The notes under the pieces are model-generated. The model searched no databases, was not told the origin of the DNA, and was given only the letters and a program-made list of their open reading frames with translations. From Acidobacteriota bacterium (GTDB lineage: Bacteria > Acidobacteriota > Thermoanaerobaculia > Multivoradales > UBA5704): DNA of 64,000 nt. This document shows, in pieces, positions 30,440 to 39,880 of this stretch (position 1 is its first letter; the number at the start of each line of letters is the position of its first letter). The stretch is taken from assembly GCA_040349255.1 (NCBI GenBank), contig JBEQUE010000218.1, positions 24,036 to 88,035 of the forward strand, read 5' to 3'. Made by a program: the position numbers and the translations under genes.

Positions 30440-31942
30440 TCAATCGCCCTCCCCGTTGGCGCCGTTCGGCGAGCCCGGCAGCGGCGACTTGAGATACGGG
30501 AAGATGCTGTCGAACTGGCTGGCGTCCTGCAGCGTGCCATCCGTGAACGGCAGGTTGCCCGAGGGCGCGTCCGACGGGTTGCAGCCGAAGGTGCCCGGGA
30601 ACGCGTGGCAGAGCACGCCCATGGCGACCCGCAGCTCGGCGTCGACCACGTCGTCGCCCGGCCGGCGGCCGTTCGGGAAGCCGGCGTTGTCGCCGCCCAG
30701 CACGCCCAGGTTGTTCTGCGACCCCGCCGGGGTCGGCGCGATCGAGGTGTTGAGGCGCAGCATCTCGTGCGGCCGGCCGTCGGAGAGGAAGTTCAGACCC
30801 TGGACGCCGGTGGCGAAGGCCGCCACCAGGTCGAGGCGCGGGAAGTTGTTCGGAGCGCGCACGCCGACCGAGCCGAACAGGATCTCCAGCAGCTCGGGCA
30901 GCGTCGGGTTCGTGACATAGGTGGCCAGCGCCGCGTCGCCCTCCGGGGTGGCGGCGTTGAACAGGTTCTTGTCCTTGAGGCCGATCACCACCTCGTTGAC
31001 GAGCGGCATGCCGAGACGCGAGACCTGCACGAAGTCGCCGCTCAGGGTCGCCGGGTCCTCGTAGGTGGGGGTGGAGCTCAGCGAGCGGTTGCGCGGCAGG
31101 AGCGCCGTCGTCCAGCCGCCGATCACCGGGCCGTTGCCCGTGAGACAGGCGATCGGGACCTCCAGGATGATCGAGGTGATGTTCTTGTCCTCGAGCAGAT
31201 TGGGCTCCGCGTCGCGGGGTCCGAGCGGGTTCTCGATGTTGACCAGGTCGAAGATCTCGCCCAGGTTGACCGCGAACGACTCCTTGCGCTGGCCGACGAA
31301 GAAGCGGGCCGGGATCGAGTCGCAGCCCGGGATGTCGATGTTCTTGATGAACTGGCGCGCGTAGGCCTCGTAGTCCGGGATCGACTTCTGGCCGATGTTG
31401 TCCACCGGCTTGCCGAAGCGCGAGCCGCCGCCGCCGGTCTCCGTGGCGAACTGCCAGTGCGTGCCGTTCGTGATCCGCCCCCGGGCCACGCCGAGGGTGC
31501 AGCTCTCCAGCCGGTTGAGCGTGGCGTCGCGCATGCCCGGGCCGCCCGAGATCTGGCCGACGTTGATCAGCGGCACCGAGACCATCTGCGAGCCGACCGG
31601 GATCTGGATGTCGGTGATGATGTCCGCGCAGCGGAGCTGGAAGCTGACATCCTCCACTCCGTCGCCACTGTTGTCGATCAGGATCCGGTAGCGGGCGTCC
31701 TCGTCCAGGTTGAAATAGTTCGGCCCGCCGTAGGCGTCCTGGAGCGGCAGATAGTTGGCGATCAGCGTGACGTAATCCTGGCGGCCGGCCTCATAGCTGC
31801 GGAACATGTAGAAATCCGTTCCGTCCACCTTCGGCATCTGGGTGATCGCGGGCGCCTCGCGGTGGCTCGACGCACCGGCGGGCAAGGCCGGGATCAGCAC
31901 GGCGGCGGCGAGCAGACCTGCGGCGACACAACGACTCTTCAT
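30440..31942 (-). CDS. secreted DUF4331-like protein, copy A
   Basis: ORF track 500 aa. Signal peptide followed by ASSHREAPAI, the N-terminal hallmark of DUF4331. Confidence 0.75.
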   Translation of the reverse strand: MKSRCVAAGLLAAAVLIPALPAGASSHREAPAITQMPKVDGTDFYMFRSYEAGRQDYVTLIANYLPLQDAYGGPNYFNLDEDARYRILIDNSGDGVEDVSFQLRCADIITDIQIPVGSQMVSVPLINVGQISGGPGMRDATLNRLESCTLGVARGRITNGTHWQFATETGGGGSRFGKPVDNIGQKSIPDYEAYARQFIKNIDIPGCDSIPARFFVGQRKESFAVNLGEIFDLVNIENPLGPRDAEPNLLEDKNITSIILEVPIACLTGNGPVIGGWTTALLPRNRSLSSTPTYEDPATLSGDFVQVSRLGMPLVNEVVIGLKDKNLFNAATPEGDAALATYVTNPTLPELLEILFGSVGVRAPNNFPRLDLVAAFATGVQGLNFLSDGRPHEMLRLNTSIAPTPAGSQNNLGVLGGDNAGFPNGRRPGDDVVDAELRVAMGVLCHAFPGTFGCNPSDAPSGNLPFTDGTLQDASQFDSIFPYLKSPLPGSPNGANGEGD

Positions 31943-32066
31943 GGAGATGAACCTCCTTCATCCGAATCCGTTTTGGGGTCTGGGCTTCCGCGGGGCGCCG
32001 GCCGGCTCTCGCGTTCTTCAGCAGGGATTACGAAGCGGCCCTGGGATCGGATGAGTGGAACCGGCC

Positions 32067-32870
32067 TCAACGGTTCGGCAGCTCGAAAGTGAGAGAAGCC
32101 CACAGGCTCTCCCAATCCGCACCGCTGTCCGCCGGGGCGGGCACCATGTGGACGGCCTTGACCAGCCAGAGCCCGGAGCGGTCGAGGCGCAGCCCGGCCC
32201 GGCCCGAGCCGTCCGAACGCGCGGCGACCTGCGCGCCCGGAGCGCCGGCCGGGATCGCCACCACGAGCGCGCCGGCCAGGGGCTTGCCGTGGTAGAGCAG
32301 CCGCAGGGGCAGCTCCTCTCCGGGCTTCAGGGCGTAGGGGTTCCTCTCCGGCACCAGCTCCAGCTCGAGCCCCAGCACCTTGTCGTAGCCCGGCCCGGAG
32401 CCGTCCCCCACGGCGATCAGCGACTTGGCGCAGCGGGAGAACATCTCCTCGACGGGCCCGTCCCCGGCGCGGCGCGCGGTCCGCAGCTTGCGGATCCGCT
32501 CCAGCCCCTCCTCGCCGAGGTAACGGTCGAACTTCGCGGCGTCGAGCTGGAGCCGGCCGTGGCTGCTGCCGTAGACGAGCCAATAGGTCCCCGGCAGCAG
32601 AAACGCCGCATATCCCGCCGGCTCTCCCCCGGAAAGTCCTCGGATCTCCATCTCGCCGCGCACGCCCACCGCCGAGAAGCGCTCGATATAGCGCGGATCG
32701 CGGGGCACCGGATCGCCCTGGAGGCCCTGCCCGACCCGCAGCCGGACCGAGATCCGGGCGCCCGGCTGCGGATGGAAGCTCGACGGCTCGATCCAGAAGT
32801 CGTGCGCCGGAAGCGGAGCGCACATCACGCCGAGCAGCGCGGCGAAGACGAAAGGCCCGGCGGTTCGCAT
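32067..32870 (-). CDS. secreted DUF4198-like protein, copy B
   Basis: ORF track 267 aa. Signal peptide, then AHDFWIEPS. Long near-identical blocks with copy A (LGLELELV..NPYALKPGEELPLRLLYHGKPL, LWLVKAVHMVPAPA, ESLWASLTFELP). Confidence 0.75.
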   Translation of the reverse strand: MRTAGPFVFAALLGVMCAPLPAHDFWIEPSSFHPQPGARISVRLRVGQGLQGDPVPRDPRYIERFSAVGVRGEMEIRGLSGGEPAGYAAFLLPGTYWLVYGSSHGRLQLDAAKFDRYLGEEGLERIRKLRTARRAGDGPVEEMFSRCAKSLIAVGDGSGPGYDKVLGLELELVPERNPYALKPGEELPLRLLYHGKPLAGALVVAIPAGAPGAQVAARSDGSGRAGLRLDRSGLWLVKAVHMVPAPADSGADWESLWASLTFELPNR

Positions 32871-32900
32871 GGTCTCTCTCCTGTCGGCAGACCGGCCGGG

Positions 32901-34400
32901 TCAGGGGATGTCGGGCACCGGCGGCGTGTTGATGCCACCGTGGCCCTGGAAGACGCCGTTGTGGGCTGGAGCGAGGAACGGGAACCGCGGGAGGAAGTCC
33001 TTGTCGTTGACCTCGACGCCCTTGAAGAGCCCGGCGGCCGGATCGCCGGCGGCGATCAGGCTCAGCAGCACGCTGTTCACGTTGACCTGATGGGAGCTCG
33101 GCGTCGGCCCGCCCCCGAGGCGGCGGCCGTTGGGGAAGCTGGAGTCGATGGCGGCATCGAGCGTGATGACGTCACCCGTGAAGCCATCGGCGACGGGAAT
33201 CGGGCGGCCCAGGTTGACGGCGGTGATGATGTCGGCGCGGGGACCCTTGAGAGTTGCGACCGTGGCGGGGGGAACCCCCAGCGCCGCGTAGATGCCGAGC
33301 GCCTCGGCGTCGCGCACCAGCACCGGGAAGAGGATGTCCGCCCCGAAGTTGCTCACGTCGGTCAGCGGGGTGCTGCGCAGGTACCGGGTATGACGCTGCG
33401 TGCCGACCAGGCCGGCGTTGAAGAGCGGGAGGGCGTTGCGCCCCACCTGGACGAACTTCCCGGAGCCCTTGAGACCGGTGATGATGTTGGTGGGATCGAC
33501 GGTCTGCGTCTCCCGCCGCGAGATGCTGGCCCAGACCCGCAGCAGGCTGTCCGTCGAGCTCGCCCTGAGCTCGTTGTTGTGGGGGATGCCCCCGGGGAAG
33601 AGGTCGGTGATCGGGATCTCCAGGGCGATCGAGAAGACGTTGAAGCCGGTGAAGACGTCCTCCGCCGGGTCCCGGCGTGCGCCCGGGATGCCGCCGAGGT
33701 CGCCCCTGGCCAGGTTGACGAGGTCGAAGATGCCCTTCTCGTCGAGTTGATAGGGATCGTCGAACTGGCCGGCGATGATCCGCCCGCCGTTCGAGAGGGT
33801 GTGAATGAACCGGTCGACGAACGCCTGGTCGTAGAGAGCGTCCTCGCGGCTGCCGGGATCGCCGCTGCTGTAGGGCGCAAAGTCGTCGAGCCCGTAGATC
33901 AGCCGGTCGGTCTGGGGGCCGTGGTTGTTGGGCAGCACCGTCAGGTTGCTGCCCAGAGTCTCGGGGTGCGGGCTCACCGGCGCCACGAGCCGTTTCACGG
34001 TCATGGTCTCGGTGCCGCCGGTGAGCTGCCAGAGCAGCTCGTTGCCGCCGCCCAGCGGGTCGCCCGCGCTCGGGGCCGCCTCGGGCGTCAGCCGGTTGGT
34101 GAACTCGATGCGGTAGACCGCCCTGTCCTTGAGGCTCGCTCCCATTGCGATGTGAAAATCGTAGCGGTAGCCGTTGCAGGCGCGGAAACCCTGGTTGCCC
34201 TGGCCCGGCTCGTGGAGCGGGTTGAAGTCCATGATCAGGTAGAGCTTGTCGTGGGTGCCGGGCTTCACCCAGGCGTAGGTGTCGGTGTTGTCGGCGCAGG
34301 GCTCGTTGAGGACCGCGAGAGCCTCGCGGTGGCTGGAGGCGGCGGCCGGCAGGGCAGCCAGCAAAGAGAGCCCTGCGGCCACAATCGTGTTCCTTCTCAT
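32901..34400 (-). CDS. secreted DUF4331-like protein, copy B (divergent)
   Basis: ORF track 499 aa. Signal peptide followed by ASSHREALAV. Otherwise only loosely similar to copy A. Confidence 0.7.
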   Translation of the reverse strand: MRRNTIVAAGLSLLAALPAAASSHREALAVLNEPCADNTDTYAWVKPGTHDKLYLIMDFNPLHEPGQGNQGFRACNGYRYDFHIAMGASLKDRAVYRIEFTNRLTPEAAPSAGDPLGGGNELLWQLTGGTETMTVKRLVAPVSPHPETLGSNLTVLPNNHGPQTDRLIYGLDDFAPYSSGDPGSREDALYDQAFVDRFIHTLSNGGRIIAGQFDDPYQLDEKGIFDLVNLARGDLGGIPGARRDPAEDVFTGFNVFSIALEIPITDLFPGGIPHNNELRASSTDSLLRVWASISRRETQTVDPTNIITGLKGSGKFVQVGRNALPLFNAGLVGTQRHTRYLRSTPLTDVSNFGADILFPVLVRDAEALGIYAALGVPPATVATLKGPRADIITAVNLGRPIPVADGFTGDVITLDAAIDSSFPNGRRLGGGPTPSSHQVNVNSVLLSLIAAGDPAAGLFKGVEVNDKDFLPRFPFLAPAHNGVFQGHGGINTPPVPDIP

Positions 34401-34497
34401 CTTTCATTCCTTTCTCAAGCCCGCTCGTCAGGCTCGTTAGCAGGCTCTACGGGGAACCGCGTCCGTCCGGATGAGAGGAAAGCACTAGAATGCGCCC

Positions 34498-35334
34498 ATG
34501 AACGAAACACCTGCGTCCTCCGATGCCACCCGCCGTCCCGACGGCCGCGCCGCCGACGCCCTCCGCCCCGTGCACATCCGGACCGGAGCCCTCAAGTTCG
34601 CCGAAGGATCGGTCCAGATCGAGGTCGGAGACACCAGGGTCCTGGTGGCGGCGAGCGTGGAGAACCGGGTGCCGCCGTTCCTCAAGGACAAGGGCCAGGG
34701 CTGGGTGACCGCCGAGTACTCGATGCTGCCGCGCGCCACGCACACGCGCAGCTCGCGCGAGGTCTCCCAGGGCCGGCCCTCCGGCCGCACGGCGGAGATC
34801 CAGCGCCTGATCGGCCGCAGCCTGCGCGCCGTGATCGACATGACGAAGATGCCGGACCGCACCCTGACCCTCGACTGCGACGTCCTGCAGGCCGACGGCG
34901 GCACCCGCACCGCGGCGATCACCGGCGCCTACGTGGCCGCGGGCCTCGCCCTCGGCCGCCTCCTGCTCACCGGCGACATCTCCGAGTGGCCGATCACCGA
35001 CCCGCTCGCCGCGGTCTCGGTCGGCATCGTCGGCGGGACGCCGCTCCTCGATCTCGAATACGTCGAGGACCAGGTGGCCGAGGTGGACATGAATGTGATC
35101 GCCACGGCCGGCGGCAGGCTGGTGGAGATCCAGGGCACCGGCGAGAAGCGCAGCTTCCGGCGCGAGGAGATGGACGCGCTCGTCGATCTGGCCTTCAAGG
35201 GCATCGGCGAGCTGGCCCAGGCGCAGGCAGCGGCCCTCGCGCCGACGATGGAAGAGGTCCGCCAGATCCTCGCCCGGGGCCGCCGCCGCCAGGCGCCGGC
35301 CAAGTCCGAGAAGGACCTCTGGGGCCGGCCCTAG
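34498..35334 (+). CDS. rph: ribonuclease PH (with a C-terminal extension)
   Basis: ORF track 278 aa. [13 protein letters not shown]...[13 protein letters not shown]...[14 protein letters not shown]...[16 protein letters not shown]. Confidence 0.92.
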   Translation: MNETPASSDATRRPDGRAADALRPVHIRTGALKFAEGSVQIEVGDTRVLVAASVENRVPPFLKDKGQGWVTAEYSMLPRATHTRSSREVSQGRPSGRTAEIQRLIGRSLRAVIDMTKMPDRTLTLDCDVLQADGGTRTAAITGAYVAAGLALGRLLLTGDISEWPITDPLAAVSVGIVGGTPLLDLEYVEDQVAEVDMNVIATAGGRLVEIQGTGEKRSFRREEMDALVDLAFKGIGELAQAQAAALAPTMEEVRQILARGRRRQAPAKSEKDLWGRP

Positions 35335-35540
35335 AGTCGGGTCGAAGGGTACTGACCCCGGATCTCGTTGGCGAAGAACCGCCCGACCGACGGCGCCTCC
35401 AGCAGCGCCTGGAAGACCTCCGGCGGCACTTCCTCGTAGTCGTAGACCGAGCCGCTGTGGAACTCCAGCTCCAGGGTCCGGGTTTCCGGATCGTAACCGA
35501 CCGACGACACCGACGAAGACGAGACAGGCTTCCTGCGCAT
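35331..35540 (-). CDS. KTSC-domain protein
   Basis: Last 69 codons of ORF 35331..35633. [46 protein letters not shown] matches the KTSC pattern. Confidence 0.7.
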   Translation of the reverse strand: MRRKPVSSSSVSSVGYDPETRTLELEFHSGSVYDYEEVPPEVFQALLEAPSVGRFFANEIRGQYPSTRL

Positions 35541-35715
35541 CGCCAAGCCCTCCTGGTTCCGTGACGGGAGCACCAGAAGCTCCCGATGCATCACCGGCAG
35601 ATGCAACCAGGATACCAGAATGCGCGGAGTCACGCATCTTGTAACTTCCGGAGATGAATCATCTCCGTTCCGGCGATGGTTTTCAGACAGGAATCAGAAG
35701 GGAGGGTCGGGGGCG

Positions 35716-35743
35716 CCCTCTCCCTCGCGAGCGAGGGAGAGGG
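35716..35743 (-). terminator. GC-rich hairpin downstream of the DUF1573 gene (CCCTCTCCCTCGC/GCGAGGGAGAGGG)
   Basis: Near-perfect 28-nt palindrome about 22 nt past the stop at 35765. No U-tract, so intrinsic-terminator function is uncertain. Confidence 0.35.
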
Positions 35744-35764
35744 ACGGGGAGAGGGAGGACGGGA

Positions 35765-36787
35765 TCAGATGGCCGTTCCGGTGAGCTCGATCTCGATGCG
35801 CGGGATCTTGACGCTGTCCGTGGTCAGGAACAGCTTGCCGTCGAACTTGCCCTTGACGATCTCGGGCTTCACCGTGACCCAGACCTGGTACTCGCGGCCA
35901 TCCTCGACCGGCTCGATCCGGGCATCGATCCCTTCGACGCTGCTCTGCACGCCCGTGAGCTTGATCGGCTCGGTCGCGAAGCTCTTCACGTTGATCGACT
36001 TGCGCAGCGGCTCCTTGATCGTGACCGGGCCGAAGTTCGCGATCGGCGGCGTCACGGCGACGATCGGCCGGACGAAGCCGGAGATCGGGATCTGCACCAG
36101 CTTCTGCTTCGGGCTGTCGGTGTAGACCTTCACCGTCTCGGTGAGCGGGCCGACCGGCGCCTCGTTCATGAGATGCATCTCGACCTTCCACTGCTGCTGG
36201 TCCTCGATCTCCTTGAGCTTCTCCTCCGCCTTCGCCTCGTGGAACTCCACCTTGAGGTAGGGGTACGGCGATTCGACCTTCACGATCTTCATGGGCGACT
36301 TGTCGGGCGTCCAGAGGGTCTGGACGATCGTGCCTTCCTTGGACTCGCCCTGGACCGTGATGAAGCGGGCGTAGCCGGGCTTCGCCTTGATGAACGGCTC
36401 GACCTGGGCCCGGATGGTCAGCTCCATCTGCGGGGTGGCCGGATCGTTCAGGAACACGGTCACGCCCTTGGCGATGGCGCCGTTGAAGGTGGTGGTATCC
36501 ACCGAGACGCGGATCTTGCCGGTCTGGCCGGGAGCGATCACCTTGTCATAGTCCGCCACCGTGCAGCCGCAGGCCGCACGGACCTCCTGGACCTGCAGGG
36601 GGGCGTCCCCTTCGTTGCGGATCGCGAAGTCATAGGCGGCCTTCTCGCCCTTCGCGACGACCCCGATATCCTTGATGGGCTCGGTCGCGACGGCCTTGGG
36701 CGTGCCGGTGCCCTGGGCGAAGAGGCTCGCCGCGACAAGCAAGGCGCAGCAGAGTGCCAGATTGGCGGTCCTGAGGTGACGTTTCAT
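35765..36787 (-). CDS. secreted DUF1573-domain protein
   Basis: Last 340 codons of ORF 35765..36850. Signal peptide MKRHLRTANLALCCALLVAASLFAQ and the hallmark VRAACGCTVADYD. Confidence 0.8.
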   Translation of the reverse strand: MKRHLRTANLALCCALLVAASLFAQGTGTPKAVATEPIKDIGVVAKGEKAAYDFAIRNEGDAPLQVQEVRAACGCTVADYDKVIAPGQTGKIRVSVDTTTFNGAIAKGVTVFLNDPATPQMELTIRAQVEPFIKAKPGYARFITVQGESKEGTIVQTLWTPDKSPMKIVKVESPYPYLKVEFHEAKAEEKLKEIEDQQQWKVEMHLMNEAPVGPLTETVKVYTDSPKQKLVQIPISGFVRPIVAVTPPIANFGPVTIKEPLRKSINVKSFATEPIKLTGVQSSVEGIDARIEPVEDGREYQVWVTVKPEIVKGKFDGKLFLTTDSVKIPRIEIELTGTAI

Positions 36788-36891
36788 ACGGCCTGCTCCT
36801 TTGGAAAGCGTTGGATTCGATCCGGTCAATGCTACACTCTGGCGCCCCAAAACACGAGAAACAGCCTGGAAAATCCACGAGAAAACGCCCC

Positions 36892-38298
36892 GTGAAGATC
36901 ACTCCACTCGACATCTACTGCATAGCCATCGGTGGTACAGGAATGGCGCCGCTCGCCTGCCTTCTGCAAGAGCAGGGCCACCGGGTGAGAGGGGTCGACG
37001 GACCTCTCTATCCGCCCATGAGCACCCTGCTCGAGCGGGCCGGCATCCAGCCGGCCCTCGGCTACGACCCCGCCCACCTCGAGTCCCGTCCCGACCTGGT
37101 GATCATCGGCAACTCGGTCCACCGCAACAACGCGGAGGCGGTCGAAGCCGAGCGCCTGGGCCTGTCCCTGATCTCCATGCCGCAGGCGATCTCCCGGTTC
37201 TTCCTCGACCGGCACCGCCCCCTCGTGGTCGCCGGCACCCACGGCAAGACCACGACCACGGCCATGGCGGCCTGGGTGTACGCGGACTGCGGCGCCGATC
37301 CCGGCTACCTGATCGGCGGCGCGCCCCGCGACCTGCCGGCGAGCTTCCACGACGGCGCCGGCGAGCGCTTCGTGATCGAGGGCGACGAATACAACGCGGC
37401 CTACTTCGACCGCGGCCCGAAGTTCCTCCACTACCAGCCGGAGACGCTGATCCTCACCAGCGTCGAGTACGACCACGCCGATCTCTACGCGAGCCCCGAG
37501 TCGCTCTGGGAGGCCTACGCGAAGCTCCTCCGCCTGCTGCCGGAGGACGGCTTCCTGGTGGCCTGCGGCGACGACCCCAAGATCCGCGAGCTGGCGGCCC
37601 TGGCCCGCTGCCGCGTCCTCTTCTATGGCCTGGACCCCGCCAACGAGCTGCATCCGGAGTCGATCGAGACGACACCGGAAGGCAGCCGCGTCCGGGTGCG
37701 CGATATCGAAGGGGAGATCGAGATCCCGCTCAACCTGGCTGGCGGGCACAACGTCTCGAACGCGCTCGCCGTCTGGGCCGCGGCGCGGCGGGACGGCCTG
37801 TCCGCCCGGGACGTGGCCGCCGCCTTCTCGCGCTTCCATGGCGTCAAGCGCCGCCTGGAGGAGCTGGGCACCGCCCGCGGGGTCACCGTGGTGGACGATT
37901 TCGCCCACCATCCCACGGCCGTCGACAAGACCCTGGTCGCCCTGCGCCAGCGTTATCCCGGCCGCCGCCTGGTGGTCCTCTTCGAGCCCCGCAGCCTGAC
38001 CGCCGGGCGCTACTTCTTCTACGAGCCGTACCGCCAGGCCTTCAGCCGGGCCGACCGCGTCCTGGTCGCCCCCACCTTCCACGCGGGCCGCCTGAGCGAC
38101 GACGAGCGCCTCGACTTCGGAGCCCTGGCCGGCGAGGTCACCGCGGCCGGCGTCCCCACCACCCTCTGCACCGACACCGCCGAGGTCCTGCGCCGGGCGA
38201 CGGAAGAGGCCCGGGAGGGCGACGTCATCGTGACCATGTCGTCCGGGTCGTTCGAGGGGATGCCGTACCGGGTCTACGAGGCGCTCGGCGCCGCCTGA
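36892..38298 (+). CDS. mpl: UDP-N-acetylmuramate:L-alanyl-gamma-D-glutamyl-meso-diaminopimelate ligase
   Basis: Frame of ORF 36811..38298. IAIGGTGMAPLACLLQEQGHRVRGVDGPLYPPMSTLLERAGI parallels the E. coli Mpl N-terminus. The GTG at 36892 was chosen by N-terminal alignment; an earlier start is possible. Confidence 0.88.
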   Translation: MKITPLDIYCIAIGGTGMAPLACLLQEQGHRVRGVDGPLYPPMSTLLERAGIQPALGYDPAHLESRPDLVIIGNSVHRNNAEAVEAERLGLSLISMPQAISRFFLDRHRPLVVAGTHGKTTTTAMAAWVYADCGADPGYLIGGAPRDLPASFHDGAGERFVIEGDEYNAAYFDRGPKFLHYQPETLILTSVEYDHADLYASPESLWEAYAKLLRLLPEDGFLVACGDDPKIRELAALARCRVLFYGLDPANELHPESIETTPEGSRVRVRDIEGEIEIPLNLAGGHNVSNALAVWAAARRDGLSARDVAAAFSRFHGVKRRLEELGTARGVTVVDDFAHHPTAVDKTLVALRQRYPGRRLVVLFEPRSLTAGRYFFYEPYRQAFSRADRVLVAPTFHAGRLSDDERLDFGALAGEVTAAGVPTTLCTDTAEVLRRATEEAREGDVIVTMSSGSFEGMPYRVYEALGAA

Positions 38299-38461
38299 CG
38301 GGAGAAGATTGACCCCGGCGGATGGGCGTTCCCGTGACCTGAACCGGGAAATGGACGACGTCACCCTGCAACAATCTGGTGGCTTCCTACGAGATTTCCC
38401 AGCCTTTCCTGCCGATCCGTGAGTTTGCCGCACCGGTCTTCTTCTCCTACGATCCCGGTCC

Positions 38462-39028
38462 GTGAAATACCGCACCCGTGATCTGGGCTCCAAGTATTTT
38501 GGCCGTGCCATCAGGAAATGGCGTCTTTTTGCAGGACTCTCGCAGGAGGAGCTGGCCGGGGTGGCCGGGATGAGCGTCACGCTGCTCGGAACCATCGAGA
38601 GAGAGCGCGGGCACATCTCGGAGGAGATCCTGAGCCGGCTCTGCCTCGGCCTGGAGTCGGCGCTGGGCAAGCCGATGCTGGGCCACGTCTTCTATGAGGG
38701 CATCGAGGCGATGTGGAAGGACCTCCTGAAGAGCGAGAGGGGCCTGAGGCAGGAAAAGGGCTGGGCCGTGGTCGAGTACGAGACCTCGAATCTGGCCGAG
38801 GAGGATCTCGAGCAGGCCTTCGATTCCGCGCTGACCGAGCTCAAGAAGTGCGGCCTGCTCCTCTACCGGGCCATGGGCTTCCGGAAGACGGGAGAGGGCT
38901 GGACGCCGGCCTCGCGCACCGACCTGCCACCCGAAGGCCCCCGCATCCCCGCCGAAACCGGCAAGGTCCGCGTACGGAGAGTGGCCCAGGGAGCCGGCCA
39001 ACGGCAGCCAGGCAAGAGAATTCGCTGA
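38462..39028 (+). CDS. XRE-family helix-turn-helix regulator with a ~110-aa C-terminal extension
   Basis: ORF track 188 aa. IRKWRLFAGLSQEELAGVAGMSVTLLGTIERERGHIS is an HTH_3 motif. Confidence 0.75.
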   Translation: MKYRTRDLGSKYFGRAIRKWRLFAGLSQEELAGVAGMSVTLLGTIERERGHISEEILSRLCLGLESALGKPMLGHVFYEGIEAMWKDLLKSERGLRQEKGWAVVEYETSNLAEEDLEQAFDSALTELKKCGLLLYRAMGFRKTGEGWTPASRTDLPPEGPRIPAETGKVRVRRVAQGAGQRQPGKRIR

Positions 39029-39175
39029 TCCGAAAACGATCCTCGTCGGGCGGCTCGGTTTTTTCTCGGAGCCGCACGGAAGAGAGTGAAGGCCCTGTGA
39101 ATTTCTCCAACGGCGCCATCTCAGCGGCGTCGGATGGAGGTGCGCTCAACGAAGTTTGGACGAGGAGATGGCCGG

Positions 39176-39829
39176 ATGAGAAACTTCGTTCTCGGATGGG
39201 GCGTGGTCGGTGCCGTTTTCTTCCTTGGCTGTCTCCCTGCGCGAGTCGTGGCCCAGGGAGGAAACGAGAGTTGGACAGGCGCGGTGGTTCTCGAGAGCGT
39301 CGAGGCGGACCAGATCCTGGTCGCCGTGGACACGCTCAACGAGGGCCGGCCCGCGGACGGAATCGTGGATCGAGTCTTCTGGTATACCGCGCAGTCGCCG
39401 CTGGAGGCGCCCCTCTCGGAGAGGATCGAGAGAGCCAACCTGGAACTCGGGGCGGGCGTCCTGCGGGTGACCTCTCCGGAGGATCCGGAGGTCTTCTTCC
39501 TGTTCTCGGTGAGAGGAAGGCAGCGGGAGCGCTCTTCGCCGGCCGCCGGCAGCCGGGCCAATGTCTTCACGAACGGGCTGGCGCTCGCCACCTACACCTT
39601 GGCTCCGGACAGGGCCAGCCTGGACAACCTGAAGTCCATCATCGAGGCGGATACCGAATACCAGGACTACACCCCCGGCGGATCCGGCGGGACGATCTGC
39701 ACCGCGGGCGGAGTGGGCTCGACGTCCTGCTCGATCACCTGCTCCGGGCTGAGCTGCTCCGTCTCCTGTGGAGCGGGATATTCCTGCTGCAGTTGCAGCG
39801 GAGGCTCCCCGAGTTGCCGCTGCAAGTGA
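39176..39829 (+). CDS. predicted lipoprotein with a Cys/Ser/Gly-rich C-terminal tail
   Basis: Frame of ORF 39134..39829. MRNFVLGWGVVGAVFFLGC has a lipobox-like FLGC. The last ~50 aa are GGSGGTICTAGGVGSTSCSITCSGLSCSVSCGAGYSCCSCSGGSPSCRCK. Confidence 0.65.
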   Translation: MRNFVLGWGVVGAVFFLGCLPARVVAQGGNESWTGAVVLESVEADQILVAVDTLNEGRPADGIVDRVFWYTAQSPLEAPLSERIERANLELGAGVLRVTSPEDPEVFFLFSVRGRQRERSSPAAGSRANVFTNGLALATYTLAPDRASLDNLKSIIEADTEYQDYTPGGSGGTICTAGGVGSTSCSITCSGLSCSVSCGAGYSCCSCSGGSPSCRCK

Positions 39830-39880
39830 CTGGGCGCGAAGGGACACAGACAGGTGCCCTCCGGCCCGCGCGGCGCCGAT

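Noticed and set aside
32055-35564. 1169-aa plus-strand ORF spanning the DUF4198/DUF4331 genes and rph
   Set aside because: It runs antisense through two well-supported secreted-protein genes and out of frame through rph. It has no recognisable motif.
39176-39829. RiPP biosynthetic gene cluster
   Set aside because: The Cys/Ser/Gly tail resembles a core peptide, but the protein has a lipoprotein signal and a ~150-aa folded-looking region. There is also no cyclodehydratase, lanthionine synthetase, radical-SAM enzyme, protease or transporter gene nearby.
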